Of a DNA stretch of 64,000 nucleotides, positions 46,162 to 56,525 are shown piece by piece. A program made the translations under genes and the position numbers. This stretch comes from Candidatus Aenigmatarchaeota archaeon (GTDB lineage: Archaea; Aenigmatarchaeota; Aenigmatarchaeia; QMZP01): assembly GCA_038999435.1 (NCBI GenBank), contig JAVZYR010000001.1:1-64000 (forward strand), read 5' to 3'. A model generated the notes under the pieces. That model was given only the letters and a program-made list of their open reading frames with translations. It had not been told where the DNA came from and made no database searches. The first letter of the stretch is position 1; each line of letters begins with the position of its first letter.

Positions 46162-48450
46162 TCAACCTATATATTTTACCTCTTCAGGCGGTTTTTCTGT
46201 TGTTACAGGAGCTTTAAACTGTTCTGCAATCTTCTGATAAAATGTATTGAGCTTTGGTGTGACTGATGGTTTTACTTTGTTCATCGCTTCAGCAAAATCA
46301 CTCTTTTTCACGTTCGCTGCTTTTATATCTTTTCTTAATGCATTCATTGCTGCCTCTCTGCATAGTGCTTCTATATCAGCACCAGTATAACCTTCTGTCT
46401 GTTTTGCAAGCGCCTCAATGCTTACATCCTTTGCAAGTGGCATGTGCTTTGTGTGAATCTTGAAAATTTCAAGTCGACCTTTGTAATCTGGTGCAGGCAC
46501 ATATACCTGTCTGTCAAATCTCCCTGGTCTTAGTAATGCAGGGTCAAGGATGTCTGGTCTGTTTGTAGCAGCAATCACAACAACATTGTGCATTTCTTCG
46601 AGCCCTGACATCTCTGTCAATATTTGTGAGACAACCGTTTCTGAAACCCTTGTACCAACCTCAAGCCCTCTTCTTGGTGCAATGGCATCTATCTCATCAA
46701 AAAATATGATAGCGGGTGCAACCTGTTTTGCCCTTCTGAATATTTCCCTGATTTTTCTTTCAGATTCACCAACCCACATTGTGTATATCTCAGGACCCTT
46801 CACAGATATAAAATTGGCACCAGATTCATTTGCAACAGCCTTTGCAAGCAGCGTCTTTCCTGTACCTGGCGGGCCATAGAGCAAAATACCACTTGGTGGC
46901 TTGATACCCATTCTTTTGAAAATCCCCGGATATTTCAATGGCCATTCTACCACTTCTTTAAGTTTCTGCTTTACATCATCTAAATCACCAATATCAGACC
47001 ATCTTATGTTTGGAACTTCAACAAGCACTTCACGCATTGCTGATGGGCTAACAAGCTTTAATGCAGTTTTAAAGTCTTGCATTGTAACTTGCAGCTTTTC
47101 CAAAATCTCTTTTGGCAATTCACCTTCTTTTTTCCAGCTTATACCAGGCATCACCCTTCTCAGCGCAGCCATTGCTGCCTCTTTGCATAATGCTTCAAGG
47201 TCAGCACCTACAAATCCATAAGTAACTGATGCAAGCCAATCGATATCAACATCTTTTGCAAGCGGCATGTTCCTTGTGTGTATCTGCAATATCTCCTTTC
47301 TGCCCTTTTGGTCAGGCACGCCTATTTCAACCTCCCTATCAAATCGTCCAGGCCTTCTCAGCGCAGGATCGAGTGCATCTGGCCTGTTTGTAGCGGCAAT
47401 GACAATAACCTTTCCTCGCGTTTTCATACCATCCATGAGTGCAAGAAGCTGTGCAACAACCCTTCTTTCAACTTCACCTGTCACCTCTTCACGCTTTGGT
47501 GCAATTGCATCTATTTCATCTATGAATATGATACTTGGTGCGTTCTTTTCTGCATCTGCAAAAATATCTCTCAACCTTTTTTCAGATTCGCCATACCATT
47601 TGCTCATAATCTCTGGCCCTGATATTGCTGTGAATGAAGCACCAGACTCATTTGCAACAGCCTTTGCAAGCAGCGTCTTTCCTGTACCTGGTGGGCCATA
47701 GAGCAGCACGCCTTTTGGCGGTTCTATACCAAGCCTTGTGAATAGCTCGGGATGTCTCAATGGCAACTCAACCATCTCTCTTATCTTTTCTATTGCCTGC
47801 GCAAGCCCGCCCACATCTTCGTATGTTATCGTTGGTATCTTTCTCTCTTCTATCTCGACTGCTTCTGGTTTTAGTTCTATCTCTGTGATGTCTGTTATCT
47901 TTACAATATCTTCTGGGTTTGTTGAAACCACAACAAGCTTTGTCTCACCAGGCAATGGTGTGAAAAATATCTCTTCAATTGGTATGCCAAATATCTCTCC
48001 GAATGATGGTCCATATCTTTTTACAATCGGAAACGGCGCAAGTATGTCACCTTTTGTAACTGGTCTCATATACAGATTTTTCTTTAGCATCTCAGATGGA
48101 ACTTGAATCACAACACCTTTTTGTGCAGGTGCAAGTACAACCCTTTTTGCCTCTTTGACATCAGCCTTTTTTATTTTTATCATATCACCCACACCTACAC
48201 CTGCATTTTTTCTTGTTAATCCATCCATCCTTACAATAGAAAGCCCAATGTCAGCAGGATATGAACGGACAGCTATTGCACCCGTTTTTCTTTTTCCTAT
48301 AAGCTCAACAATATCACCCTCTTTTATGCCAAGTTCCTTCATTGTTTGTGAATCGAGCCTTATAATACCTCGGCCAAATTCATCTCTTGATGTCAACTCG
48401 CCAACCTTCAGGGTTATGATTTTCCTTTCGTCATGTTTTCCATCTGACAT
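46162..48450 (-). CDS. cdc48: CDC48/VCP-family AAA+ ATPase
   Basis: N-domain plus two AAA modules, each with [18 protein letters not shown], Walker B (FIDEID/FFDEID) and RPGRFDR. Confidence 0.97.
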   Translation of the reverse strand: MSDGKHDERKIITLKVGELTSRDEFGRGIIRLDSQTMKELGIKEGDIVELIGKRKTGAIAVRSYPADIGLSIVRMDGLTRKNAGVGVGDMIKIKKADVKEAKRVVLAPAQKGVVIQVPSEMLKKNLYMRPVTKGDILAPFPIVKRYGPSFGEIFGIPIEEIFFTPLPGETKLVVVSTNPEDIVKITDITEIELKPEAVEIEERKIPTITYEDVGGLAQAIEKIREMVELPLRHPELFTRLGIEPPKGVLLYGPPGTGKTLLAKAVANESGASFTAISGPEIMSKWYGESEKRLRDIFADAEKNAPSIIFIDEIDAIAPKREEVTGEVERRVVAQLLALMDGMKTRGKVIVIAATNRPDALDPALRRPGRFDREVEIGVPDQKGRKEILQIHTRNMPLAKDVDIDWLASVTYGFVGADLEALCKEAAMAALRRVMPGISWKKEGELPKEILEKLQVTMQDFKTALKLVSPSAMREVLVEVPNIRWSDIGDLDDVKQKLKEVVEWPLKYPGIFKRMGIKPPSGILLYGPPGTGKTLLAKAVANESGANFISVKGPEIYTMWVGESERKIREIFRRAKQVAPAIIFFDEIDAIAPRRGLEVGTRVSETVVSQILTEMSGLEEMHNVVVIAATNRPDILDPALLRPGRFDRQVYVPAPDYKGRLEIFKIHTKHMPLAKDVSIEALAKQTEGYTGADIEALCREAAMNALRKDIKAANVKKSDFAEAMNKVKPSVTPKLNTFYQKIAEQFKAPVTTEKPPEEVKYIG

Positions 48451-48461
48451 ATTATTAGATA

Positions 48462-48671
48462 TTACCTCCTCACCCTTAATATAACTGAGTGTTTTGTCTT
48501 TATTATTTCTATCTCCGGCTCATTTCGTATGAATTCTATGAGCCTTACATACTTTTTGATTGTTATGTTGTGAATACCTGTCTGTTTGGCAAGCTCATTC
48601 ATCGAACATACCCTAGCTTTTTCTATAGCTCTAAACATGTCTTCAATGATTTCAAGTGGGTCTCTTTTCAT
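48462..48671 (-). CDS. Small winged-HTH-like protein
   Basis: [20 protein letters not shown] helix-turn-helix pattern; directly upstream of cdc48. Confidence 0.6.
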   Translation of the reverse strand: MKRDPLEIIEDMFRAIEKARVCSMNELAKQTGIHNITIKKYVRLIEFIRNEPEIEIIKTKHSVILRVRR

Positions 48672-48761
48672 ATTATATATTTTTTTATATTGTAATATTA
48701 ATATTTAAATATTTTGGTTGAAAATTTAAATTAAGATATTTTAAATAACGCAATAATTAAA

Positions 48762-50030
48762 ATGGATGTTATCTTAATACTTTCCTATATTGGTGTTCTG
48801 CTTGGTTTAGGTATTATAATTGCAAATCTAATGAAAAAAATAAGAATACCTGATGCCTTAGCTTTAATCTTGCTTGGTTTGTTCCTTGGTCCTACAATTT
48901 ATAGGAACCCTCTTATCAGCTCTAACATTCAGCTAAAGCTAATAGATGTTGCAGCGATGGGTATAGTACCAGATATAGTGAGAATGACTGCTATCATACT
49001 TATAGTTTTTATAAGCACATTTTCGATGCCTATTAGCATGTTTAAAAGATTTTCCGATGTTTCTTTGAGGCTTGCTTTTTTTATTCCTATACTAAATACA
49101 GCAATCCTTGGTATAGTTGCGCATTTTCTTTTTAATCTCGAATGGATTTACGCATTCCTGCTTTCTTCAATCTTATGTGGTACATCTGTAGGTGTTTTAT
49201 ACACATTTGAAAAATATTTTTCTGAAAAAAAGATTATAAACACATTGAAGATGGAATCTATATTCAACTCGCCTCTAAGTGTTCTCTTGCCCTTGATGTT
49301 TTTGGGAATTGTAACAAATCCAAGCATATTTGAGCCGATAAAGCATATATCACAATTTTGGCTTCTCATAGCCGCAGGTGTCGGTACAGGTTTGGTTGTT
49401 GGTTTTGGTATGACAAAAATCCTAAAAACCATTCTAAAGGAATATACACCTCTCCTACTTTTTGCAACAGCCCTGATAACATTTACACTTGCTGAAAATG
49501 TGGGTGGCTCTGGTATGCTTGCAGTTGCAATATGTGGGCTCATTGTTGGTAACTATTCATCAGGTATAAGGGAGGAGGCGTTGAAATTTGAGGACCAGAT
49601 ATCAGAGCTGCTAAGGATAGCAGTTTTTACTCTACTCGGTGCACAAATATACTTCAGCATAACAGCTGAACAATTCCTACTTGCTCTTGTTTTCTTTTTC
49701 GTAATTGTGATTTTAAGACCATTGATGCTTATCTTGTTTATGAGAAAGGAGAGAAAAGAGATGTCAAGGGAAGACTTTCTCATGTTATCTTTCATTGCAC
49801 CAAAAGGTGCGGTTGAGGCGGCAATGGCACCGGTTGTGGCATCTGCTTTGCTCATTGCAGGCATGTCAGCAATGGCAGATTCAATAATGAACATAGTCTT
49901 CTGCATCATCGTATTTTCAATTCTTTTGAGCACCATAATATGTGAGATTGCATATAAAAAGAGCGAAAAGGAAAAATCCATCAAAAAGATTTACAAAAAT
50001 TATGAAAAGCTCAGATTACCTAAGAGCTAG
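48762..50030 (+). CDS. CPA1/NhaP-type cation:proton antiporter
   Basis: About 12 TM helices; LGLFLGP, ES.FN, GGSGMLAV, PKG motifs. Confidence 0.8.
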   Translation: MDVILILSYIGVLLGLGIIIANLMKKIRIPDALALILLGLFLGPTIYRNPLISSNIQLKLIDVAAMGIVPDIVRMTAIILIVFISTFSMPISMFKRFSDVSLRLAFFIPILNTAILGIVAHFLFNLEWIYAFLLSSILCGTSVGVLYTFEKYFSEKKIINTLKMESIFNSPLSVLLPLMFLGIVTNPSIFEPIKHISQFWLLIAAGVGTGLVVGFGMTKILKTILKEYTPLLLFATALITFTLAENVGGSGMLAVAICGLIVGNYSSGIREEALKFEDQISELLRIAVFTLLGAQIYFSITAEQFLLALVFFFVIVILRPLMLILFMRKERKEMSREDFLMLSFIAPKGAVEAAMAPVVASALLIAGMSAMADSIMNIVFCIIVFSILLSTIICEIAYKKSEKEKSIKKIYKNYEKLRLPKS

Positions 50031-50247
50031 TTTTGCACATCTTTTCAGCCCTTTTTATCATCTCTGATTTGAGTGCAATAAAAGCACCACCTCTCTTACC
50101 TCGAATAAAAGTTACCTCTCCTGGCTTAATGATATCCTCAATTGGGCCCTCGATATCAATATGGGTTATTCTTGCCTTACTCTTACCTTTTATATGTATG
50201 TAGATTGTTCCATTGATTTTATACTTTCCTTCCCCAGGGCCTGACAT
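50020..50247 (-). CDS. Hypothetical protein
   Basis: 75-aa ORF co-oriented downstream of guaB. Confidence 0.55.
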   Translation of the reverse strand: MSGPGEGKYKINGTIYIHIKGKSKARITHIDIEGPIEDIIKPGEVTFIRGKRGGAFIALKSEMIKRAEKMCKTSS

Positions 50248-50272
50248 AATTTAAAATTTAGAATGAGATAAT

Positions 50273-51730
50273 TTATTCATCTATGATTACAATATCATGG
50301 GGCCCAAGCATTCTTTTAGATGCCTCAGAAAGTCTTTCTAAAACAGCCTTTTTTCTATATTCTTCCAAATTTTTTGCACCCACGTGACTCATTGTGATTT
50401 TCAAAGCCATCGAATATTTTTCTACCCCTGGTTTCAGATAGCCTTGGTAAAGTACGAGCCCATCAACACCTTGATATATCAATGTTTGCCTTTCCCCAGG
50501 TATTTCATATCTTTTCATATCGCCCGTTGTCTCAGCAGCCCTTTTTGAACCTTCACCCCAATATTCCTTGAATTTTTTCCCATTTTTTTCAACAAGTTTT
50601 CCTGCTGATTCCTCAAAACATGCGAACAATTTTCCTGACATAATAGCATCAGCATGTGTTAATGCAATGCATATATCATGCGTATCTTCCATTCCACCAT
50701 CGGCAATTATTGGTATATATCTTTTATCCGCATATCTATCCCTTTCTTTTGCTATTCTTACAAGCGATGAAAATGGTGGTGCGCCGACACCAAGGACAGC
50801 ACTTGTGATGCATATTGAGCCAGGGCCCATACCGATTTTTATAGCATCAGCACCAGCTTCTGCAAGATATCTAAAGCCTTCTGGAGTTACGATGTTGCCT
50901 GCACAAATCTGCCTTTCATATTTTTCTTTAAATCTTTTTACAACATCACTTGCCCACTCTGTATAGGCATCAGATGTGTCTATAAAAATTATATCTGCTC
51001 CTGCCTCTACAAGCGCTTTTGCCCTTTCTTCCCAACCAGGATGTGTATCTATTGCACCACCGATTCTATATCCTTCATTTTCTTGTCTAAAAACAAGTTT
51101 TCTTAACCTGTACTCTTTACCTTTTTTTGTTTCTATTTCTTCAAGAACAGGTACAAGCCTTAAATCATATTTTTTCATAAACTCCTTTATCTCTTTTTCG
51201 CTCATGTTATCGCTTACCCACAGATCCTTTTTGCAATCAAAAGGCTTCATTATTTTTTGGATTGGTGTATTTGGTTCCATTCTATCATGATACAGGGGCT
51301 CATATTTGAACATGCCTTTGTATCTACCTAATCTATCTTTTACAGGCATGTTGGAATGTCCATACTTGCTTACATTTTCAATTGCATCTGCAATTGTATT
51401 ATCATCTAAAAGGGTTACGGGATTTTCAATAGATTCTATCTCACCCTTTTTCACCTCATTTTCTTTTACGTATCTAACAATATCCACTTGTTTTTGTATG
51501 CTAAGCCCTCTTGGCGCAACTGCCATTAATCCTATCTTTGCTGCTTCTAATGCAAATCTTTCATCAACGATAGACCTCATTGCAGCAGGCAAAAATGGTT
51601 TTATTACAATATCTCCAATCTTTGTATTGATATCTATATTCGAAGGAATATGTTCGCTTGTAGTGTAACCTGGATGTATCACAAAATCTTTATAGGTTGT
51701 TCCTGTAATACTACCTATTATCTTTGCCAT
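50273..51730 (-). CDS. guaB: IMP dehydrogenase with CBS subdomain
   Basis: AGNIVT, KIGMGPGSICIT (catalytic Cys), IIADGG, KEYWGEGS, QGVDG. Confidence 0.9.
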   Translation of the reverse strand: MAKIIGSITGTTYKDFVIHPGYTTSEHIPSNIDINTKIGDIVIKPFLPAAMRSIVDERFALEAAKIGLMAVAPRGLSIQKQVDIVRYVKENEVKKGEIESIENPVTLLDDNTIADAIENVSKYGHSNMPVKDRLGRYKGMFKYEPLYHDRMEPNTPIQKIMKPFDCKKDLWVSDNMSEKEIKEFMKKYDLRLVPVLEEIETKKGKEYRLRKLVFRQENEGYRIGGAIDTHPGWEERAKALVEAGADIIFIDTSDAYTEWASDVVKRFKEKYERQICAGNIVTPEGFRYLAEAGADAIKIGMGPGSICITSAVLGVGAPPFSSLVRIAKERDRYADKRYIPIIADGGMEDTHDICIALTHADAIMSGKLFACFEESAGKLVEKNGKKFKEYWGEGSKRAAETTGDMKRYEIPGERQTLIYQGVDGLVLYQGYLKPGVEKYSMALKITMSHVGAKNLEEYRKKAVLERLSEASKRMLGPHDIVIIDE

Positions 51731-51764
51731 AGAAAATATTAATAAAAAATTTTAAAAATCGCCA

Positions 51765-53735
51765 TCAAACTTTTTGCAAAAATTTCGGGCTTGGCTCAAA
51801 CAGGGTACCGTCTCTTTTTAGCTTCTCTATCGCTTCTTCTGCCTTATCCTTATCTATACCTTCTTTTTCTGCATTTTCTATAACCTCATGTACAGGTATC
51901 TCTTTCTTTTTCTTGCTGAGGTTGTTAATTATATCAAGTATGACCCTTATTGCAGCGCGCTCAGTTGATGTTGTTATACCTTCGGTCCTATCAACATCAA
52001 TTACATTTGTTCCAGGTTCACAACCAAGTTGCTTTAGTGAAAATTCCATAAGCCTTATTGCCCTTAGCGCATCTTCCTTTCTTACATAATCTTGAAGCTG
52101 AATTTTTGCTGATGCCTCTGACAATCTAAGTAAAGCCTCAAATTGTCTTAATGTAATTGGTATGGGTGCGCCAAGGCTTTGTGCTTTCCTTCTCGTCTCA
52201 ACGTAAAAATTTTTCAGCAATTCTTGTGTCTCTTTTGTATGCTCTGGCTTGCATCTCTCTCTTGTATAGGCAATATATTTCCGTATCAGTGATGGTTCAA
52301 GAATTGGAAGGGTTTCTTTAGATTCTGTTCTTGCTTTGAATATGTGTTCAACAACCTTTGCATCTTCTTCAGGATTTGGGATATCTTTTAGAACAAATTT
52401 TAAATCAAATCTACCAAGAAGCGTGTCTGGTATAGTTATTTGTTTTGCTATTGGCATGTACGGGTCAAATCTACCAAATTTAGGATTACCACCTGCAAGT
52501 ACAGAGGTTTGCGCAGGTAATGTCGTGACTATTGATGCCTTTGCTATAGAAACGCTTCCTTGTTCAAGTGCCTCGTGCATTGCAACCTGGTCATCTGCAG
52601 ACATCTTTTCGAATTCATCCACTGAAAGAAGGCCTTTGTTTGCAAGTACAATTGCACCAGCCTCTACAACCCACCCTCCCATGAATTGTTCATCTTTTGA
52701 AACGGTTGCGGTCAGACCTGCAGTAGTCACACCCTTTCCAGATACATATCTCCCTCTCGGTACAATCGATGGTACAAGCTTCATTAGTTGTGATTTCCCT
52801 GATGCAGGATCACCTATCAGCAGGATGTGTATATTTCCTCTGAATTTTGTACCATCAGGTAATGTCCTTGGTACGCCTCCAAAAAGTTGAAGTATGACAG
52901 CCTCCTTTATTTCTCTCATACCATACAGGCTTGGTGCAAGAGAATCAATAAGCATATCATAGATTTGCGGATTTTTTGCAAGCTCTTTGATCAACATTTC
53001 ATCTTCAGGTGTTATCTCAACCTTCTCATATCCAATTTCAGTTGGTTCAATCCAATTTACATCAAGGTAGAAATCAAGTTTGACTGTAGATTTTGTTTTT
53101 GGTATTTCTCTGAGTATACCTGTTACTTTTATCCTATTTCCAGGATCGGTGAGATTTCTAAGGCCTTTTTTAACAAGGTCCCCCTTCAGCCATATTGTCA
53201 ATTGTGATGGCCTTTCCCCTTCTGTTAGTTCAAATGGTTCTTCTATTACTGCCCATCTGCTATCTATTAATTTTTTGCTAACCTGCCTTATTCCTCTTCT
53301 ATTTCCACAATCGCATTGCGTAGGTTTTGGGAGCCAATTTGCTATCCTTTCTGTAATCATTATTTTACCACAATCAGGACATTTCCACTCAGCATACATT
53401 ATTTCAGGTCTTATCTCAGATGATTTTCTTACAATGCCTTCTGTGCATATAAATTTTCCTATATGTCTTGACCTAAGGTCTCTTATATTCGTTATGTCAA
53501 CGTTAATGATACCAGGTCTTTTTTGAAAGTTTAATTCTTTGAGTGCCTCGTCAGCTATCTCAAACCATTCCTCAGGATTTTCTAAGAGCAATTCTGCAAG
53601 CTGTGGATTAAATCGATGCATCAAACCAAAATCAACAACAAAAACATCTTCTGCTTCGACAATATTTTTAAGTAGCCCTTTTTCAAAAAAATCTTTTAGC
53701 TCAAATACAAGCCTTTCTCTTTTTTCTTCAGGCAT
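51765..53735 (-). CDS. mcm: MCM replicative helicase
   Basis: Zn finger CPDCG...CDC, GDPASGKSQ, GLTATV, DEFEKM, HEALEQ, RFDL, ITLRQFE; no intein. Confidence 0.96.
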   Translation of the reverse strand: MPEEKRERLVFELKDFFEKGLLKNIVEAEDVFVVDFGLMHRFNPQLAELLLENPEEWFEIADEALKELNFQKRPGIINVDITNIRDLRSRHIGKFICTEGIVRKSSEIRPEIMYAEWKCPDCGKIMITERIANWLPKPTQCDCGNRRGIRQVSKKLIDSRWAVIEEPFELTEGERPSQLTIWLKGDLVKKGLRNLTDPGNRIKVTGILREIPKTKSTVKLDFYLDVNWIEPTEIGYEKVEITPEDEMLIKELAKNPQIYDMLIDSLAPSLYGMREIKEAVILQLFGGVPRTLPDGTKFRGNIHILLIGDPASGKSQLMKLVPSIVPRGRYVSGKGVTTAGLTATVSKDEQFMGGWVVEAGAIVLANKGLLSVDEFEKMSADDQVAMHEALEQGSVSIAKASIVTTLPAQTSVLAGGNPKFGRFDPYMPIAKQITIPDTLLGRFDLKFVLKDIPNPEEDAKVVEHIFKARTESKETLPILEPSLIRKYIAYTRERCKPEHTKETQELLKNFYVETRRKAQSLGAPIPITLRQFEALLRLSEASAKIQLQDYVRKEDALRAIRLMEFSLKQLGCEPGTNVIDVDRTEGITTSTERAAIRVILDIINNLSKKKKEIPVHEVIENAEKEGIDKDKAEEAIEKLKRDGTLFEPSPKFLQKV

Positions 53736-53772
53736 GTTTTACTTTTGGCAGATAGAAATTTTAATCTTTGTG

Positions 53773-54525
53773 CTACTTAGACATTTGTGCTAATCTAGAC
53801 CTTACCTCTTCAAGTTCTTTAACTGTATTAACAGGAATCCACATTTCTACAGGGAGAAAACATGAGTATATTTTTTTCTTTTTTGCAAGAAAAGGAAAAA
53901 CTGTTTTTTCCCATTCAACAGGTATTTTGCTATTGAGTGGAATGTATTTTTCGATTGCATCAAAAAATTCTGGCTCTGCGATGAATATGCCCGTATTTGT
54001 AGGTATTCGGATTATTGGCTTCTCTTCAAATCCTTGCACAATACCATTATTTCTAATTTTTGCTGCACCAAAAGGATATTTCTGACCCTTTGTGAAAAGC
54101 ACCGTAATGGCTGTATTAAATCTTTTAATCCCGATTAGGTGTGCCTTGAGCAATACCTCAGGATATTTGTCATCAAGTATAACATCATCAGGAAAGACAA
54201 AGATAGAGCGTTTTCTTTCAACTGCCCCATCTTTCAATGCATGTCTTAGGGCAAGGCCTTTTCCTGGTGCAATACCAGGCTTAAAAGGTGGATCAGGGTA
54301 AAATTTTATATCAAGCCTTTTATATTTTCTGCTAACATGTTTTACGATTTCCTTATGTTTTCCATAGAGAATTATAAAATTTTTTGCTCCATATTTCAAA
54401 AGCTGTTTAATAGTTCTATCAAGAAGTGTATTTTTGTCTATTTTAATAAGGGCTTTTGGTTTTTTGATGCCCATCCTTTTAGCCATGCCACCAGCAAGTA
54501 TAACAATTTGAATATCCTTTAACAT
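53773..54525 (-). CDS. Sugar-phosphate nucleotidyltransferase family protein
   Basis: ILAGGMAKRM...PKAL, FEEKP, NTGIF. Confidence 0.85.
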   Translation of the reverse strand: MLKDIQIVILAGGMAKRMGIKKPKALIKIDKNTLLDRTIKQLLKYGAKNFIILYGKHKEIVKHVSRKYKRLDIKFYPDPPFKPGIAPGKGLALRHALKDGAVERKRSIFVFPDDVILDDKYPEVLLKAHLIGIKRFNTAITVLFTKGQKYPFGAAKIRNNGIVQGFEEKPIIRIPTNTGIFIAEPEFFDAIEKYIPLNSKIPVEWEKTVFPFLAKKKKIYSCFLPVEMWIPVNTVKELEEVRSRLAQMSK

Positions 54526-54620
54526 AAAATTGATTGTATGCTTGTTTTAAAAATATGTAGAAGAATCTAAAGCTTTTAAATAACCAAAAACAATTTTAAC
54601 ATTAAAAATGGAGGTTTGAA

Positions 54621-54848
54621 ATGGTAGAATTTGAAACACTGAAAACAGAAGAAGTAAAATTTGGGAAAAATAACTTCATAGAGATAGCAAGGAAAAAAGC
54701 AATAGCGACAGACAATGAAAATGAGTTTATTGCAATAAGCCGAGGGTTTTTCCTTCCTGATGGCACGAGGCGATACAAGAGATCGATAGCGATACCTGAT
54801 GAAAAAGAAATAAAAGAGTTTATATCTGAAAAATTAAAAGAAATCTAA
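54621..54848 (+). CDS. Small hypothetical protein (possible PC4/PUR-like nucleic-acid-binding fold)
   Basis: SD ggaggt; four predicted beta strands then a helix; the fold is a guess. Confidence 0.6.
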   Translation: MVEFETLKTEEVKFGKNNFIEIARKKAIATDNENEFIAISRGFFLPDGTRRYKRSIAIPDEKEIKEFISEKLKEI

Positions 54849-54871
54849 TATAATTCTGGCAAATATTTAAT

Positions 54872-56524
54872 ATGTTAAGCCAGAAAGACAAAGATGTAGT
54901 TTTAAGGTTCTGTCTACAAAATGCAATTTTACATAATGGAAAGGCTGATGAAAAGGCAGTTCTTAGTAAAGTATTAGGTACAAGGCCAGAGCTTAGAGTA
55001 AAAATAGATGAACTTAGAAAAGAGATAAACAAAATCATTAAAGATATAAATAAACTTGACATATCTAAACAAAAAGAAAAACTTGAAAAAATAGCACCAG
55101 AACTTCTTGAAAAAGAAAAAGAAAAATTTGAACTTCCAGATATCAAAACAAAAGAGAAGTTTGTCACAAGGTTTGCACCATCACCAACAGGCCCTTTAAA
55201 TATATTTCATTTTCTCAGACCAGTATACATACCATATTATTATGCAAAAAAATATCATGGAATATGGATATTGAGATTCGATGATACTGACCCGGCAAGA
55301 ATAGAAAGGCAATTTTACGATTTTATAATTGAAGATTTGAGAAATTTTGGTATAATCCCAGATAAAATCATATATCAATCTGATAGCATTGAAGATTGTT
55401 ATTCAAAGGCAAAAAAACTTTTAGATGAGAAAAAGGCATACATATGCACATGCCCTGTCGAAAAATTTAAGGAATTAAAAGAAAGAAAAATCAATTGCCC
55501 ATGCAGGGATGGAAGGCATGCAAAGCTCTGGTCAGAAATCCTTACAGGAAAAATAAAAGAAGGTCATGCAGTTGTCAGGCTTAAAACAAGCATGCAGAGT
55601 CCAAATCCGGCTATAAGGGACCCACCTCTGCTTAGAATCATAGAGGCAGAGCATCCGAGAAAAGGTAAAAAATATAAATTGTGGCCTGTGTATAACTTTG
55701 CTTCAGTTATATGTGACCATAATGAAGGCATAACCCACATTTTTAGAGGAAAGGAGCATGAACATAATACAGAAATTCAGAAAATGATATATTCTGCATT
55801 AGGATGGGATACCCCTTCTGTGATAAATTTTGGCATGATATACTTTCCAACTGAAAAGATGCACACAAGGGACATAAAAAGGGCAATAAAGGAAGGTAAG
55901 CTGAAAGGATGGGATGATCCACGGTTACCAACATTAAGAGCATTATTAAGAAGAGGTTTTGACCCTGAAGCATTGAAACAACTTTCTTTAAAAATTGGCC
56001 TGACAAAAACAGACATCAAACTTGGCTGGGAAAATATAGAAGCATTTAACCGAAAGATTATAGACCCAAAATCTAATAGATATTTTTTCGTTCCAAACCC
56101 TGTCAGAATATCCATTGATGGGATAAAAACAAAAGAGGTCAAACTTAAATTACATCCTGATTTTGGTGAAAGAGGTGAGAGGGTAATACCAGTAGAACGA
56201 GATAGGATATATATAGATAGGAGCGATTGGGAAAAGATGCAGGGAAAGGAGGTAAGGCTTATTGGTTTGTGCAATATAAGGCTAAAAGGTGATAAAGGTG
56301 AATGTACAGGTTTGGAGATCAAAAAGGAGATTCAAAAGATTCAATGGGTCTCAGAACCTCATTTAAATCTAAGGCTCATCAGGCCAGAAGGAGAAATTAG
56401 CGGTTTTTGCGAGCCTGATTTGGTTAAGGTTGAAATAGGGAAAACTGTGCAGTTAGAGCGGATAGGTTTTGGCAGGGTCGATGCGAAAAATTCTGAGATT
56501 GTGATATATTGGGCACATCAATAA
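54872..56524 (+). CDS. gltX: Glutamate--tRNA ligase (archaeal type)
   Basis: LQNAILHNGKA, TRFAPSPTGPL, LRFDDTDP, RGKEH, GWDDPRLPTL, QLERIGFGRVD. Confidence 0.93.
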   Translation: MLSQKDKDVVLRFCLQNAILHNGKADEKAVLSKVLGTRPELRVKIDELRKEINKIIKDINKLDISKQKEKLEKIAPELLEKEKEKFELPDIKTKEKFVTRFAPSPTGPLNIFHFLRPVYIPYYYAKKYHGIWILRFDDTDPARIERQFYDFIIEDLRNFGIIPDKIIYQSDSIEDCYSKAKKLLDEKKAYICTCPVEKFKELKERKINCPCRDGRHAKLWSEILTGKIKEGHAVVRLKTSMQSPNPAIRDPPLLRIIEAEHPRKGKKYKLWPVYNFASVICDHNEGITHIFRGKEHEHNTEIQKMIYSALGWDTPSVINFGMIYFPTEKMHTRDIKRAIKEGKLKGWDDPRLPTLRALLRRGFDPEALKQLSLKIGLTKTDIKLGWENIEAFNRKIIDPKSNRYFFVPNPVRISIDGIKTKEVKLKLHPDFGERGERVIPVERDRIYIDRSDWEKMQGKEVRLIGLCNIRLKGDKGECTGLEIKKEIQKIQWVSEPHLNLRLIRPEGEISGFCEPDLVKVEIGKTVQLERIGFGRVDAKNSEIVIYWAHQ

Positions 56525-56525
56525 A

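Noticed and set aside
46266..48484. Many 60-180 aa opposite-strand ORFs in the track, here and throughout the window
   Set aside because: Antisense shadows of well-supported genes, with no motifs or translation signals
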